Shown here: in pieces, positions 40,312 through 51,010 of the stretch
Position numbering within the stretch: the stretch's first letter is position 1
How the letters are laid out: every line of letters begins with the position of its first letter
NCBI GenBank assembly: GCA_963666115.2
Contig: CAXXET010000007.1
Coordinates: 64,001-128,000 of the forward strand
Direction: 5' to 3'
From: Dehalococcoidia bacterium
GTDB lineage: Bacteria; Chloroflexota; Dehalococcoidia; UBA6926
Length of the DNA: 64,000 nt
Notes under the pieces: generated by a model
The model's input: the letters and a program-made list of their open reading frames with translations, nothing else
The model's database searches: none
Told to the model about the DNA's origin: nothing
Position numbers and translations under genes: made by a program

Positions 40312-40968
40312 TTACTTTGTTTGAGGTGTGCGCAACCCCTCATATCCCCCGCCCGCAAGCCATCTTTGCACATCTGCCGCGAGCCGCAGCCAGGGGTCTC
40401 GTGCCGGCCTGAGTTCTTCGGTCGAGAGTTCGGTGTACGCCTTGCCAAGGGCCGGGATATACCAGAGACCCGCCAGCCAGAAACCCTCGATACGCTTGGT
40501 TGATGGCTCATTCCGTATGATGCCCGTCGGGGCCGTGACCTCCCACGTTTGCACGATGCCGGACGGTGAGGCTATCGCAAGGGCTTCGTTCCACGTCGCC
40601 TCCCGTTCCGCATCCGATTCCAGATGCTCCATCAGAGCCAACAGGTGCCTAATCCGGTTCTCATCCGTCGCGCCCTCCCCCGCCGCCCGCCGCGTCAGCA
40701 CGCTGTCCCAGTTGGAGCCGAGAGCAGGAATATCGATGCCGCCATCCGACGCAATCGCCAAACACCCGCCTATCCGCGCCCACTCCAACGCCTTGGATTC
40801 GGCAATCTCCCGGTGCGTGCCGCCTGTCTCCTCCGGCGGCTCATACTCTGGCAAATCACCCACACGCCGGAACTCGAACGCCCACCCGTCAAGGCAGTCG
40901 CGGAGCCTGTCAATCTTGGCGGGGTTCGTCGATGCCAGCAGGATGTGTGGGGGAGATTCGCGCGTCAT
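40312..40968 (-). CDS. HAM1/ITPase-like non-canonical purine NTP pyrophosphatase
   Basis: ILLASTNPAK, EETG..IAESKA, ASDGGIDIPALG. Confidence 0.7.
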   Translation of the reverse strand: MTRESPPHILLASTNPAKIDRLRDCLDGWAFEFRRVGDLPEYEPPEETGGTHREIAESKALEWARIGGCLAIASDGGIDIPALGSNWDSVLTRRAAGEGATDENRIRHLLALMEHLESDAEREATWNEALAIASPSGIVQTWEVTAPTGIIRNEPSTKRIEGFWLAGLWYIPALGKAYTELSTEELRPARDPWLRLAADVQRWLAGGGYEGLRTPQTK

Positions 40969-41669
40969 GGGAAGTAGTAGCTCGGCTCGTCCCGCTGCTC
41001 CGGCTCGTCAGGCTGCTGCCCTTCCCGCCGCAGGCTCAGCCACAGCCCAGCGACGATGGCCGCGCCCGCAAGCAGCGGCGTCCATTCGCGCGCGCCCAGC
41101 GGCAGCCCGCTGTACCGCAGGCCGAACAACATGAGACCCGCGCCGATGATGACCGTGCTCAGTGTCATGAGCCGTCGTTCCCAACTTAGGAAGATGATTC
41201 CAATTGCGACGGCAGGCACAAGCGAGCCAACGACTATCTGGAACCGGTTCCAGCCGCTCAGCGTCAGCCCCCCGCCGCCCGGCTCCACGTCCCCGGACAC
41301 GAGGAACCAGAACACCGCGCCGATGCCGAAACCGATGCCCGCGCCGACGATAAAGACGGACGCGCGGTAGAAGACCGATCCAAGCACGAGGAGTATCATC
41401 GCCGCGCCGCCGGCGGTGGTCAGCAGCGCCGTGCCCTCCAGCGCAAGCAGGTCGGGGCCTGCGATGACCACGACTGCGCCCCCGGAAACGCCCGCCGCCA
41501 GCGCGATGACCAGCCGGTAGGCGTAGTACCCAAGCAGGCAGAGGGCAAGGCCAAGTAGGGCGAACGGCCACGCAATCCACCACGCCAGGCTCTCCGGCAT
41601 GTACGTCAGGATCAGTTCATCGAGGAGAGACGCGCCCGTAACGACTTCGGGACCTGCGGCTTCAGGCAT
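40965..41669 (-). CDS. Multi-pass membrane protein (DUF4203-like)
   Basis: GLALCLLGY..YRL pattern and 6-7 hydrophobic helices. Confidence 0.6.
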   Translation of the reverse strand: MPEAAGPEVVTGASLLDELILTYMPESLAWWIAWPFALLGLALCLLGYYAYRLVIALAAGVSGGAVVVIAGPDLLALEGTALLTTAGGAAMILLVLGSVFYRASVFIVGAGIGFGIGAVFWFLVSGDVEPGGGGLTLSGWNRFQIVVGSLVPAVAIGIIFLSWERRLMTLSTVIIGAGLMLFGLRYSGLPLGAREWTPLLAGAAIVAGLWLSLRREGQQPDEPEQRDEPSYYFP

Positions 41670-41681
41670 GGGCTGCGGGGG

Positions 41682-44627
41682 CTACGTGATTCCGGCGGGC
41701 GTTCGTTCGCGGCGTGTGGCGCGGGCGGGCTTGCGGCCATTGGCGGGCTTCTGCTTGATGCCCAGCGCCTCCCGCAGAAAATCGCCGGTGTGGCTGTCGC
41801 TGGCCGCGGCGATCTCCTCCGGCGTTCCCTCTGCAACCAGCTCGCCGCCGCGTTCGCCCGGGCCGGGGCCAAGATCAACGATCCAGTCCGCGTTCTTGAT
41901 CATGTCCAGGTGATGTTCGATGAGCAGGACGGAGTTGCCGCCGTCCACGAGCCGATGCAGGACGGCAAGCAGCATCTCCGCGTCGGAGAACGCGAGTCCG
42001 GTGGTCGGCTCATCGAGGATGTAGAGCGTCTTGCCCGTCGCCCGCTTGGAGAGTTCGGCGGCCAGCTTGACGCGCTGCGCCTCGCCGCCGGAGAGCGTCG
42101 TCGCGGGTTGGCCGAGGCGCATGTAGCCGAGGCCAACGTCCTTCATCGTCTTGAACTTGTTGGCGATGCGCGGGATCGACTCAAACACCTCGACGGCCTG
42201 ATCGAGCGTCATGTTCAGAACGTCGCCGATGCTGTAGCCCTTGTAGGTAATCTCCAGCGCCTCGCGGTTGTAGCGCGCGCCCTTGCACGTATCGCACGGA
42301 ACGGTTACGTCCGGCAGGAACTGCATCTCGATAAGCTGGTAGCCCTCGCCCTTGCACTCCTCGCACCGCCCGCCCTTCACGTTGAAGGAAAAACGCCCGG
42401 GGGCATAGCCGCGCACCCGCGACTCCGGCATGGACGCGAAAAGCTCGCGGATGGGCGTGAACGCGCCGGTGTACGTGGCGGGGTTGGAGCGCGGCGTGCG
42501 CCCAATGGGGGATTGGTCGATGTTCACGACCTTGTCGATGAGATCGAGCCCGTCCACGCCGTCGGACGCGCCGGGAATGTCCTTCGCCCTGTAGAGCGTC
42601 TGGGCAAGCCGCTTGAACAGTACTTCATAGACAAGCGTTGACTTGCCGGAGCCGGAGACACCCGTCACGCACGTCAGCAGACCCAGGGGAATGCGGACAT
42701 CCAGGTTGCGGAGGTTGTTGGCGCGCGCGCCGCGAATGACAAGCTCGCGGCCCTCCTGCGGCGCGCGGCGCTCCTCTCTCATGGGAATCTCGCGTCGACC
42801 GCTCAGATACGCCCCGGTAATCGAATCCTCGGCTGCCGTCACGTCGTCCAGCGTGCCGGTCACAACAACCTCGCCGCCATGCTCCCCCGCGCCCGGCCCC
42901 ATGTCGATGACGTGATCGGACGCGCGCATGACCGCCTCATCATGTTCCACCACGATCACAGTATTGCCGAGATCGCGCAGCCCCTTGAGGGTCTCGATGA
43001 GGCGCGCGTTGTCGACGGGGTGGAGGCCAATGGACGGCTCATCGCAGATATACACGACGCCCATCAGCCCGCTGCCGATCTGTGTCGCAAGGCGGATGCG
43101 CTGCCCCTCGCCGCCGGAGAGCGTGCCTGCGGTCCTGTCTAACGTCAGGTACTCCAGCCCCACGTTCACCAGGAACTCAAGCCGCGCCGAAATCTCCTTG
43201 AGGATCTGGCGGGCAATCGTGGACTCCCGGTTATTGAGCGGCCCGTTCTCAGTGTCCGCAAGACGCTGCGCCCATTCGAGTGCGCGGTCGATGCTCTGCC
43301 CCGTCGCCTCCACAATCGTCTTGTCGTCCACGCGGACGGCAAGCGCCTCTCGGCGCAGCCTCTTGCCCTCGCAGGCAGCACACGGGCGGCGCGCCATGAA
43401 CCGCTCGATCTCCTGCCGCTGGTTGTCGGATTCCGTCTCGCGGTGGCGGCGTGTCAGGTTGGGAATCACTCCCTCAAACCGCGCGCCATAACGGACAATG
43501 CGGCCGCTTCGTGTGCGATGCCGCACCTGGATCTTCTCCACCGTCGTTCCGGAATCCGGGCCATACAGTACAAAATCAAGCTGCTCCGGAGACAGCTCGC
43601 GTACCGGCGCATTCATATCTGCGCCAACCATGGATGTTGCCGACGCAAGCATGGACGTGTACCAGCCGGCCATCGTGCCGGAGCGCGCCCACGGCAAGAC
43701 GGCGCCCTCGGACAGCGCGAGGTCCTTATTCGGAATCACAAGTTCCGGATCAATCACAAGCTTGTAGCCGATGCCGGTGCACTCCGGGCACGCGCCGTGC
43801 GGGCTGTTGAATGAGAACGTGCGCGGCGCGATCTCTCCCAGCGAAATGCCGCACTGCACGCACGCGAACTGCTCGCTGTACAACTCTTCCTCGCCGCTGT
43901 CCGCGTCCAACGTCTGGACGACGCCCTGGCCAAGCCGCAGCGATGTTTCAACGGAGTCCGTCACCCGGCTGCGTATCTCGCCGCGATCCTCCGGAATCAC
44001 CAGGCGGTCAACAACGACCTCGATCGTGTGCCACTGCTGCTTGTTCAGCCTGATGTCCTCGGAAAGGTCGCGTATCTCGCCGTTGACGCGGGCGCGCACG
44101 AATCCGCCCCGCCGCGTCTCATCCAGCAGGCCGTAGTGCTCGCCCTTCTTGCGTCGAACCAGCGGCGCAAGAAGCATCACGCGCTTGCCCGGTTCGGAGT
44201 CCAGGATGGCGTCCACGATCTGCTGCACGGTCTGGCTCTCGATGGGCCGTCCGCAGTTGTAGCAGGACGGATGCCCGATGCGGGCGTACAGCAGCCGCAG
44301 GTAATCGTAGATCTCCGTGACGGTGCCAACTGTAGAACGCGGGTTGTGCGACACGCCCTTCTGGTCGATGGAGATGGCGGGAGACAGCCCCTCGATGTAG
44401 TCCACGTCCGGCTTCTCCATCAGGCCCAGGAACTGGCGCGCGTAGGCGGAGAGGGATTCCACGTAGCGGCGCTGCCCCTCGGCGTAGAGGGTGTCAAAGG
44501 CAAGCGAACTCTTGCCGGAGCCGGACACGCCGGTGATGACCACGAGCTTGTCGCGCGGAATCGTGACGTCGATGTTCTTCAGGCTGTGCTCGCGCGCGCC
44601 CTTGACCTGGATGACTGACGTGGACAT
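41682..44627 (-). CDS. uvrA: Excinuclease ABC subunit A
   Basis: GAREHSLKN, two GVSGSGKS Walker A motifs, Zn fingers, [12 protein letters not shown]. Confidence 0.98.
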   Translation of the reverse strand: MSTSVIQVKGAREHSLKNIDVTIPRDKLVVITGVSGSGKSSLAFDTLYAEGQRRYVESLSAYARQFLGLMEKPDVDYIEGLSPAISIDQKGVSHNPRSTVGTVTEIYDYLRLLYARIGHPSCYNCGRPIESQTVQQIVDAILDSEPGKRVMLLAPLVRRKKGEHYGLLDETRRGGFVRARVNGEIRDLSEDIRLNKQQWHTIEVVVDRLVIPEDRGEIRSRVTDSVETSLRLGQGVVQTLDADSGEEELYSEQFACVQCGISLGEIAPRTFSFNSPHGACPECTGIGYKLVIDPELVIPNKDLALSEGAVLPWARSGTMAGWYTSMLASATSMVGADMNAPVRELSPEQLDFVLYGPDSGTTVEKIQVRHRTRSGRIVRYGARFEGVIPNLTRRHRETESDNQRQEIERFMARRPCAACEGKRLRREALAVRVDDKTIVEATGQSIDRALEWAQRLADTENGPLNNRESTIARQILKEISARLEFLVNVGLEYLTLDRTAGTLSGGEGQRIRLATQIGSGLMGVVYICDEPSIGLHPVDNARLIETLKGLRDLGNTVIVVEHDEAVMRASDHVIDMGPGAGEHGGEVVVTGTLDDVTAAEDSITGAYLSGRREIPMREERRAPQEGRELVIRGARANNLRNLDVRIPLGLLTCVTGVSGSGKSTLVYEVLFKRLAQTLYRAKDIPGASDGVDGLDLIDKVVNIDQSPIGRTPRSNPATYTGAFTPIRELFASMPESRVRGYAPGRFSFNVKGGRCEECKGEGYQLIEMQFLPDVTVPCDTCKGARYNREALEITYKGYSIGDVLNMTLDQAVEVFESIPRIANKFKTMKDVGLGYMRLGQPATTLSGGEAQRVKLAAELSKRATGKTLYILDEPTTGLAFSDAEMLLAVLHRLVDGGNSVLLIEHHLDMIKNADWIVDLGPGPGERGGELVAEGTPEEIAAASDSHTGDFLREALGIKQKPANGRKPARATRRERTPAGIT

Positions 44628-44716
44628 AAACCGAATGCGCTCCCTTTCCAACCCCTCCTGCCAGTGTAGGCGCGCCGCGTAGGACTCACAAGCGGGGCGC
44701 GGTGTAGAATACACGC

Positions 44717-45085
44717 ATGGGCATGATTGAAGTCGACATTCAGGTGTCGACTAGAAACGGCGAGAATGAACGGGCGCTGTCAGCGGTCGTCGACACGGGC
44801 TCGTACCTGTCGTCCGTCCCGTCATCGCTGCTTCAGGAGATTGGCGTCACGCCGCATGAGACGCAAAAGTTTGAGCTTGCGGACGGAAGCGTGATTGAAG
44901 AGGCCATCGGATATGCGACCCTGGCGGTCAACGGCCACAGCGTGATCACCCTGGTTTCATTTGGGTCGGACGAAACGGAGGCCCTGCTTGGCGCGCTCAC
45001 CCTCCAGGAGATGCGCCTCACCGTCGATCCGGTGAACGAACTCCTCGCCCCCGCCCCGCCCATCCGCCGCTACAGGAACTACTAG
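44717..45085 (+). CDS. Clan AA (retropepsin-like) aspartyl protease
   Basis: AVVDTGS, FELADG, LLGALTL, VDPVN. Confidence 0.82.
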   Translation: MGMIEVDIQVSTRNGENERALSAVVDTGSYLSSVPSSLLQEIGVTPHETQKFELADGSVIEEAIGYATLAVNGHSVITLVSFGSDETEALLGALTLQEMRLTVDPVNELLAPAPPIRRYRNY

Positions 45086-45122
45086 CAACCACAGGCGGTC
45101 ATGGAATCCGCTTGTTGCCGTC

Positions 45123-45665
45123 TTACCGCGCCTGAGTCACCCAACGCCACGCGTCCACTACTACGTCGACCGCGCGGTAGTTGTCCAGCCATTGGGCGCC
45201 GTGCAGCGCATACTCCTGGAACTCCTTGAGCGCGGTAAGGGGCACGAGCCACAGAAGCGAGCGACGCCACGTCAGCTCGTAATCCGGCCTGAACCGCAGC
45301 GCCCCCGCCACGAACACGAACCAGAACTCGAACACGTTCGGAAAGAACAGCAGCACCCACCGGTCGCCGATGACCTCGAATGCCAGCACGCCGACGATGC
45401 GAAATCCGAACAGCGCGGCGGCGATGCTGCGCGGCGGGCCGCTCCACCGCAGCGCAACCCACAGGAACGTCACCATGTAGGTGAGGTCGAGCCACTTATC
45501 GAGCGCCTGGTAGTTCCGAACGCCGCCCATATCCAGCAGGTTCATCATGAACAGGTCCGAGAAGTCGATCAGGATGGCCGCAATCGACCCCGCGAACGCC
45601 CACCGCAACACGAGCAGCGCGCCCGCGATACGCGCCGCCGAGATAATGATTTCTTCCGTGGTCAT
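45123..45665 (-). CDS. Hypothetical membrane protein
   Basis: Several hydrophobic helices; YQALDKWLD, FFPNVFE, KEFQEY. Confidence 0.6.
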   Translation of the reverse strand: MTTEEIIISAARIAGALLVLRWAFAGSIAAILIDFSDLFMMNLLDMGGVRNYQALDKWLDLTYMVTFLWVALRWSGPPRSIAAALFGFRIVGVLAFEVIGDRWVLLFFPNVFEFWFVFVAGALRFRPDYELTWRRSLLWLVPLTALKEFQEYALHGAQWLDNYRAVDVVVDAWRWVTQAR

Positions 45666-45678
45666 GTAGTGGGCGCAG

Positions 45679-46647
45679 CTACGGAATCAGCAGCAGCTTG
45701 CCGGTCGTTTGGCGGGATTCGAGGCGGCGGTGCGCCTCTGCGGCGTCCTGCAATGGAAAACGCTCCGAGATTCGCAGCGAGAGCCTGCCGTCCGCGATCC
45801 AACCCAGCACGTCGCCCGCCCGCCACTCCAACTCTTCCCGTGTAACCGTGTAGTTGAACAGCGAAGGCCGCGTCAGGTACAGGGACTTGGCGTTCAGCGC
45901 GAGCGGCGCGATCGGAGGCACGACGCCGCTCGATTGCCCGTACATCACCAGGTAGCCGCGCACGCCGAGACTGGCAATCGAACCCTCATACGTCGTCGCG
46001 CCAACAGAGTCATAGGCCACCTGGCAGCCCGCGCCGTCCGTGACGCGCATCACGGCCTCCTGGAAATCCTCCTGCGTGTACAGCACCACGTGATCCGCGC
46101 CCGCCCCCCGCGCAAGTTCCGCCTTCTCCTCTGTCGATACCGTCGTGATGACCGTCGCGCCGCGCATCTTGGCCATCTGGACCAGCAGCAGGCCGACGCC
46201 CCCCGCGCCCGCGTGCACAAGCGCCGTATCGCCGGCAGTGAGCGGGTACGTGGAATGGGACAAATAGTGCGCGGTCATGCCCTGGAGCATCGACGCCGCG
46301 CCCTGCTCCGCCGAGATGCCGTCCGGCAGGACGATAAGGCGGTCTGCAGGAACAACGACCCGCTCCGCGTAGGATCGAGATGCGCCCGTGTACGCGACAA
46401 CATCGCCAACGGCGGGCGCGGCGACGCCGTCACCAACCTCCACGACAGTTCCCGCGCCCTCGCCCCCCAGGATCGTCGGCAGCGGCCCCTGCCCATACAG
46501 CCCCGTCCGCCCATACACGTCCATATAGTTGATGCCGGACGCCGCAAGTTCCACCACCGCCTCCCCCGGCCCGGCCACAGGATCATCAACCTCCCCGTAC
46601 TCCAAAACCTCCGGCCCGCCATACCCCAAAATCTGAACCGCCTTCAT
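45679..46647 (-). CDS. NADPH:quinone oxidoreductase (zeta-crystallin/Qor family)
   Basis: GGPEVL, GMTAHYL, HAGAGGVG, AHRRLESRQTTGK. Confidence 0.9.
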   Translation of the reverse strand: MKAVQILGYGGPEVLEYGEVDDPVAGPGEAVVELAASGINYMDVYGRTGLYGQGPLPTILGGEGAGTVVEVGDGVAAPAVGDVVAYTGASRSYAERVVVPADRLIVLPDGISAEQGAASMLQGMTAHYLSHSTYPLTAGDTALVHAGAGGVGLLLVQMAKMRGATVITTVSTEEKAELARGAGADHVVLYTQEDFQEAVMRVTDGAGCQVAYDSVGATTYEGSIASLGVRGYLVMYGQSSGVVPPIAPLALNAKSLYLTRPSLFNYTVTREELEWRAGDVLGWIADGRLSLRISERFPLQDAAEAHRRLESRQTTGKLLLIP

Positions 46648-46724
46648 CCCATCTACTCCTTGCGTTCGATCAACCCTGCGTCCACGAGGACGAATCCCCC
46701 ACCAACTATAACGGCGCAACCCCC

Positions 46725-47747
46725 CTAACAGAACGGCAGGCCAAGCCGGCCAAAGTCGTTGGACTGCACATCTCGCAGGGTTGCCGGAACACACCCCTCC
46801 AATTGATTGCCGGCAAGGGTCAACCACGTCAGATTTGTCAGTTTGCCTAGTTCCACGGGTATTCCACCGCTTAAATCATTGTTGCTGAGCATCAAACCCA
46901 TCAGGTTGGTCAGGTTGCCCAGTCCCACGGGTATCTCGCCACTCAACTCGTTGTCTCCAAGAATGAGCCACTTTAAGTCTGTCAGGCTAGCCAGTTCTGC
47001 TGGTATCCCACCGCCCAACTCGTTGTCTGCGAGAAAGAAATATGTCAGTAATGTCAGGTTACCGAGTTCCGGTGGTATGCTGCCGCTCAGTTGGTTTCCG
47101 TCGAGACCCAACCCTGTCAACTCTATTAGATTGCCTAGCTCTGACGGTATCTCGCCGCTCAACTGATTGTTCGAGAGATACAAGGCCCTCAATGTAGTCA
47201 GATCGCCCAATTCCACTGGTATCTCACCATCCAGTTGGTTACCGCTGAGTATTATACCTGTCAGGTTGGGTAATCTACTCAGTTCCGTCGGTATGTCACC
47301 AGTCAACTGGTTCTTTGCAAGGTCCAAGACTGCCAAGTTGGGCAGGTTACTCAACTCCGTCGGTATTCTGCCGAATAACTGGTTTTCTTGGAGAGCTAAA
47401 AAGTCCAGGTGGCTCAATTCCCCTAGTTTGGCTGGTATCCTGCCGTTCAATTCATTTTCCATGAGGATCAATGCCGTGACACGCCCCTTGTCATTGGCGA
47501 CCACACCATACCACTCATTAGGAGGCGCATCAGTTAGCCAGTTGTCTTTGCGGCTCCAGTTGTCTCCGTTCGTCGAGTAATAGAACTCCTCCAGTATGTC
47601 TCTGTCCCTGTCATCTATAGGTATCAGGTTAGGTGTAGGTTCAGGCGTAGCCGTCGAACGCGGAACGCCGCAGGCCATCAGCGCGGTCGAAAGTACCAGT
47701 GCCAAAATCAGCAGGAGCACCCGCCTATAAGTGGTTTCTAACGCCAT
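46725..47747 (-). CDS. Lipoprotein with 10 plant-type 24-aa leucine-rich repeats
   Basis: Lipobox LMAC, N-cap YSTNGDNW...WYGV, repeats LxxLxLxxNxLxGxIPxELGxL; low GC. Confidence 0.9.
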   Translation of the reverse strand: MALETTYRRVLLLILALVLSTALMACGVPRSTATPEPTPNLIPIDDRDRDILEEFYYSTNGDNWSRKDNWLTDAPPNEWYGVVANDKGRVTALILMENELNGRIPAKLGELSHLDFLALQENQLFGRIPTELSNLPNLAVLDLAKNQLTGDIPTELSRLPNLTGIILSGNQLDGEIPVELGDLTTLRALYLSNNQLSGEIPSELGNLIELTGLGLDGNQLSGSIPPELGNLTLLTYFFLADNELGGGIPAELASLTDLKWLILGDNELSGEIPVGLGNLTNLMGLMLSNNDLSGGIPVELGKLTNLTWLTLAGNQLEGCVPATLRDVQSNDFGRLGLPFC

Positions 47748-47763
47748 CTCGATTGCCCCGTCT

Positions 47764-50028
47764 CTACTCCTGCCCGTTCAGCGCCCGGTACACCCTCTCC
47801 GCCGTGATAGGCAACTGCGTGACTCGCGCCCCGGACGCGGCGGCAACCGCGTTGGCGATGGCAGGCGAAGACAACACGATGGGCGTGTCGCCGATCCCGC
47901 GCACCTGGTACGGCCCGTGCCCCGTCTCAGACTCCAGCACCACCACGTCCATACGCGCCCCGTCGCCCTGCGTCTGGAGCTTGTAGTCGGCAAAGGAGGG
48001 GTTTGTGATGCTCCCGTCCTGCTCCACGAGCTCCTCGGAAAGCGCGTGCCCGATCCCCTGCACGGAGCCGCCCTCGATCTGGCCGACGAAGCCCATCGGG
48101 TTCAGCACGCGCCCCGTCTCATGCGCGGCGGTGTAGCGGCGCAGCGTCACGCGTCCGGTCTCCGGATCAACCTCCACCTCCGCGATATGCGCCCCGAACG
48201 AGATATACGGGCTGCTGTCTCCCTCATCCACGCTGACCTGTCCGCCGACGGGCTCTCCCGCCCGCGATGCGATGTCCTCGATGGGAACTGCGGCGGCGCG
48301 GCCCTCGCCCCTCACCGTGCCGTCCTCGAACTCGATTGACTCCTCCGTCCACCCGTAGAACTCCGCAGCCAAACGGCGCAGATTCCGCTTGGCCTCCTGG
48401 CTGGCCTCAAACGCCGCCCGGCTCGAGACTCGCGCCCCGCGCTGACCGCCGATCCCCCAGTCGCGCACGCCGGCCTCCGTCGACCATGCCTCCACGGTGA
48501 CGCGCTCGATTGGCAGCCCAAGCTCCTCGGCGACGATCTGGGCAAGGATGGTGCCGGTGCCGACGCCGGGGTCGTAGGTCATCGTATTGACGACAACGCG
48601 GCCATCGGGATGGATGGTGACGGCGGCGGGCGAATCGAACCCCGTATCGCTCTGGCCGTGCAGGGCGATGCCGCGTCCGACGTTTCGGAACGTTGGCGTT
48701 GTGTACTCCGCTGCCTCAACGGCGGCGCGAAGAACTTCCTCGGCTCGCAGCGCCTGGTAGCCGGGCAAGCCGCGCCGCGTAACGGGGCTCCACCCCCGGT
48801 CCGGGTGCGCCTCGCTGGAGGCATGGACGATGTTGCGCAGCCGCAGGTCCAGCGGATTGAGACCAAGCTGGGCGGCGACCTCATCGATGATCGACTCGGA
48901 GGCAAAGACAGACTGCATCAGGCCGGGGCCGCGGAAATACCCGCATGGAACGGTGTTCGTGTAGACCTGGTTTGAGATGATGCGGACGTTCTCGATGCGA
49001 TACGGCTCCACCATGGCGGTGCGCAGCATGCCGCCGTAGGCAGGAACGGGGGCGTAGGCGGCGTAGGCGCCCGTTGCGAAAAAGCCCTCCGCGTCCCACG
49101 CCACGATCAGCCCGTCATGGCGCGCGCCGACGCGCACCCGCACAACCGACGGATGGCGCGGATTCATGGCGGAGAACTCCTCCGCGTAGTCCATGACCCA
49201 CTTGACCGGCCGGCCGGTCTTCTTCGCAAGGAAATAGCCCACCGCCACGCCCGTCGGGTCCATCTTCCCCCCGAACGACCCTCCGAGAGGGACGGGGTGG
49301 ATGATCACGTCTTCGCGCGGCAAACCCATCACGCGCGCCAGGTGTGGACGCCGCCCCGTCGGCATCTGGCATGACATCCAAATATGGGCGCGTCCCTCTT
49401 CGTCCACGTCCACGACGCAGGCGTGCGGCTCAAGATAGGCCTGGTGGACGCGGGGCGTGCGGAATTCCCGCTCGACGATGACGTCCGCCTCACGGAACGC
49501 CGCGTCAACGTCGCCCCATTCATGCGCCATCCGCCCATAGTTGTTGCTCAGTTCGTCGAGCTGTTCCACGCCGCGATAGGAGTTGTACTCCGGATGAAGC
49601 AGCACGGCGTCGGGCCTGGCCGCCTCCTCGGGGTCGAGCAGGGCCGGCAGTTCCTCATAAGTGACGTCGATCAGAGAAAGCGCGGCATTCGCGATGTCGG
49701 CGTCCTCCGCGACAACCGCCGCCACCTTGTCGCCAATGAACCGAATGCGGTCCGCAGACGCCAGTATCGGCTCATCCACGTAGAGGTTCCCCGCGCGGAT
49801 ATCGGGCACGTCATCCCCGGTGAGGACGCCGTGGACGCCGGGCAGCGCAAGCGCGCGCGAGGCGTCGATGCTGGTGACGCGGGCGTGCGGCACGGGTGAG
49901 CGAAGATACTTGAGCCAGAGCGCGTTCGGCGGCGCCACGTCCAGGGCATACCGGGCGCGCCCCGTAACCTTGTCAGGCCCATCGACTGCGCGGACCGATT
50001 TGCCGATCACCCGATACTCAGTCGTCAT
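47764..50028 (-). CDS. Xanthine dehydrogenase-family Mo-binding subunit (second paralog)
   Basis: LRSPVPHAR, QAYLEPH, GGSFGGK, FRGPG, AEVEVDPETG, GQIEGG, RGIGD. Confidence 0.9.
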   Translation of the reverse strand: MTTEYRVIGKSVRAVDGPDKVTGRARYALDVAPPNALWLKYLRSPVPHARVTSIDASRALALPGVHGVLTGDDVPDIRAGNLYVDEPILASADRIRFIGDKVAAVVAEDADIANAALSLIDVTYEELPALLDPEEAARPDAVLLHPEYNSYRGVEQLDELSNNYGRMAHEWGDVDAAFREADVIVEREFRTPRVHQAYLEPHACVVDVDEEGRAHIWMSCQMPTGRRPHLARVMGLPREDVIIHPVPLGGSFGGKMDPTGVAVGYFLAKKTGRPVKWVMDYAEEFSAMNPRHPSVVRVRVGARHDGLIVAWDAEGFFATGAYAAYAPVPAYGGMLRTAMVEPYRIENVRIISNQVYTNTVPCGYFRGPGLMQSVFASESIIDEVAAQLGLNPLDLRLRNIVHASSEAHPDRGWSPVTRRGLPGYQALRAEEVLRAAVEAAEYTTPTFRNVGRGIALHGQSDTGFDSPAAVTIHPDGRVVVNTMTYDPGVGTGTILAQIVAEELGLPIERVTVEAWSTEAGVRDWGIGGQRGARVSSRAAFEASQEAKRNLRRLAAEFYGWTEESIEFEDGTVRGEGRAAAVPIEDIASRAGEPVGGQVSVDEGDSSPYISFGAHIAEVEVDPETGRVTLRRYTAAHETGRVLNPMGFVGQIEGGSVQGIGHALSEELVEQDGSITNPSFADYKLQTQGDGARMDVVVLESETGHGPYQVRGIGDTPIVLSSPAIANAVAAASGARVTQLPITAERVYRALNGQE

Positions 50029-50204
50029 GGCGCCTCCCCGGCCTAACGGCCCGCCTAACTCCCCACCCACTGAGTCTAGCGCACAACATCGGCAAAGTGG
50101 CTTGCGTGGGGACGCCAAAAAGGGGCAACATGGGCGGGCGGACGCCTCCCGTGGTTCCGGGGTGGGGGCGAGAATGTGAAAGCCAAGACAAGTGGGGGTG
50201 CTAC

Positions 50205-50951
50205 ATGGCTGGCTACGAGGGCATGATTGCGGAGATCACGACGGTCAAGGGCTACAACGGTGATGAAATCGCGGCATATTACGCGCGCCCGCTTGGCCCC
50301 GGCCCCTTTCCGGGCGTCGTGCTGATACACCACGCGCCGGGCTGGGACGAATGGTACCGCGAGGCGACGCGCAAGTTCGCCCATCACGGCTACCTGGCAA
50401 TCTCCCCGAACCTCTATGAACGCGAGGGGACCGGCAGCCCGGACGATGTCGCCGCCGCAGTCCGTGCCGCAGGCGGCGTGGCGGACGATCAGGCCGTCGG
50501 CGATATTGACGGCTCGATGCGATTCCTCCGCTCATTGCCCCAAACGAACGGCAAGGTCGGCGTGTTCGGCACGTGCTCCGGCGGACGCCAGGCTTACCTG
50601 GCGGGCTGCGCCGGCGGTTTCGACGCCGTCGTGAACTGCTGGGGCGGGCGCATCGTCATGTCCGACGATGAGAAGTCCGAGAAGATGCCCGTCGCGCCAA
50701 TCGACTACACGGAGAAGCTGAGCGCGCCCATCCTCGGCCTGTTCGGCAACGACGACACCAACCCGACGCAGGCGCACGTGAACACGTTGGAGGAGGCCCT
50801 CAAGCATCACGGCAAGGAATACGAGTTCCACCGCTATGACGGCGCGGGGCACGGTTTCTTCTACTACGACCGGACCAACTACCGCATTGAGCAGGCGCTG
50901 GACGGCTGGGAGAAGCTCTTCCACTTCTTCGCCCAGCATCTGGCCGCCTAG
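50205..50951 (+). CDS. Dienelactone hydrolase family protein
   Basis: GTCSGG nucleophile loop, GNDD, GAGHGF. Confidence 0.9.
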   Translation: MAGYEGMIAEITTVKGYNGDEIAAYYARPLGPGPFPGVVLIHHAPGWDEWYREATRKFAHHGYLAISPNLYEREGTGSPDDVAAAVRAAGGVADDQAVGDIDGSMRFLRSLPQTNGKVGVFGTCSGGRQAYLAGCAGGFDAVVNCWGGRIVMSDDEKSEKMPVAPIDYTEKLSAPILGLFGNDDTNPTQAHVNTLEEALKHHGKEYEFHRYDGAGHGFFYYDRTNYRIEQALDGWEKLFHFFAQHLAA

Positions 50952-50965
50952 GCCGCAAAGCGAAC

Positions 50966-51002
50966 AATCCCCTCTCCCCCTGGGAGAGGGCTAGGGTGAG
51001 GG
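50966..51002. repeat. CCCTCTCCC/GGGAGAGGG-type REP-like element, copy 1
   Basis: AATCCCCTCTCCCCCTGGGAGAGGGCTAGGGTGAGGG. Confidence 0.75.
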
Positions 51003-51010
51003 CAACAGAA

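Noticed and set aside
46725-47747. CRISPR array or DGR target in the 72-nt periodic region
   Set aside because: The periodicity comes from LRR coding repeats; no identical DNA repeats with spacers, no cas genes and no reverse transcriptase in the window
50041-50167. Moco riboswitch (GGGCG...CGCCTCCCGT...GG inside a CCCCACCC/GGGTGGGG closure)
   Set aside because: Only partial resemblance, lacks the GAAA elements and points away from the Mo-enzyme gene; an Infernal search would decide
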